From positions 82,522,001 through 82,586,000 of the forward strand of contig OX597819.1 in NCBI GenBank assembly GCA_951406725.2: 64,000 nt of DNA. Reading direction: 5' to 3'. This DNA is from Octopus vulgaris (lineage: Eukaryota). Each line of letters starts with the position of its first letter. The stretch's first letter is position 1. Below, one piece after another: positions 63,421 through 64,000 of the stretch. A model generated the notes under the pieces. That model had not been told where the DNA came from, did not search any database, and worked only from the letters and a program-made list of their open reading frames with translations. A program made the translations under genes and the position numbers.

Positions 63421-64000
63421 GCCATCTTTCCTTTCCTCATGTGACCATCTTGGTTTTCCTGCACGGGCGCTCAATGGATTGGGCGTTTTTTTTCTCTCTC
63501 TTCTAACTTTTCTCTTTTCAAAGAAAATATTTCTCCAACCGTTTACTATTTTCCATTTGTTCTGGTCTAATAGCCCTCCATGTTTGTTTTCTTTCGGTTT
63601 CCTTGTATGTCTTCAATGTCCAATGCAAGATGCTGGTGCTATGATAAAAGCATCCAGTACACAGCAATGTAAAGATGTTGGTATTAAGATGTGCATCCAT
63701 CATAGAAATTATGTCAAAGAAGACATTGGAGCACAATGCAGTCTTTGGACATGTTGAATCCTGTCAAACCATCCAACCCATACCAATATGGAATATGGTT
63801 TTTAGAGGCTGACATTGGTGGTGATGATGATGATGTGTGTGTGTGTGTATGTATATATTTCGGGGAGCATGTGAAAAATTAGACAAAATACATAAGGTGA
63901 TGTCAATAAATAAAAAACAAAGAGGAAAATATTTTATTACCTTACATAGGTTGTTTAATGATCCTATAATACATTAGGAAAGATTACTTTTTTTCCAAAT

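Overview
AT-rich, microsatellite-dense eukaryotic (animal) DNA with no recognisable intact host protein-coding gene. The repeat complement is tRNA-derived SINEs with central (TA/TG)n tracts, RTE-type 3' ends with (TGA)n tails, Tc1/mariner elements, Helitrons and Penelope-like relics. It resembles an octopus/coleoid genome, probably a very large intron or intergenic region; this is inferred from repeat appearance, not from a database search. Almost all ORFs in the supplied track are microsatellite or SINE read-throughs. Real coding remnants all belong to transposons: a near-full-length IR/DR Tc1 (DD34E) at 31234-32848, a maT-like and several mariner relics, RTE, R4/Dong-like, HERO-like and CR1/Jockey-like LINE fragments, and a Penelope-type GIY-YIG endonuclease C-terminus at about 61958-62252. 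The most striking unannotated signal is a dispersed set of minimal type I hammerhead ribozyme motifs (CTGANGA...GAAA, palindromic stem III, UH). They lie in microsatellite-embedded Penelope-like pseudo-LTR fragments, several arranged as 130-350 bp fold-back inverted duplications, with stem II regions from 9 to 88 nt. All alignments and folds were done by eye; coordinates of old repeats are approximate.
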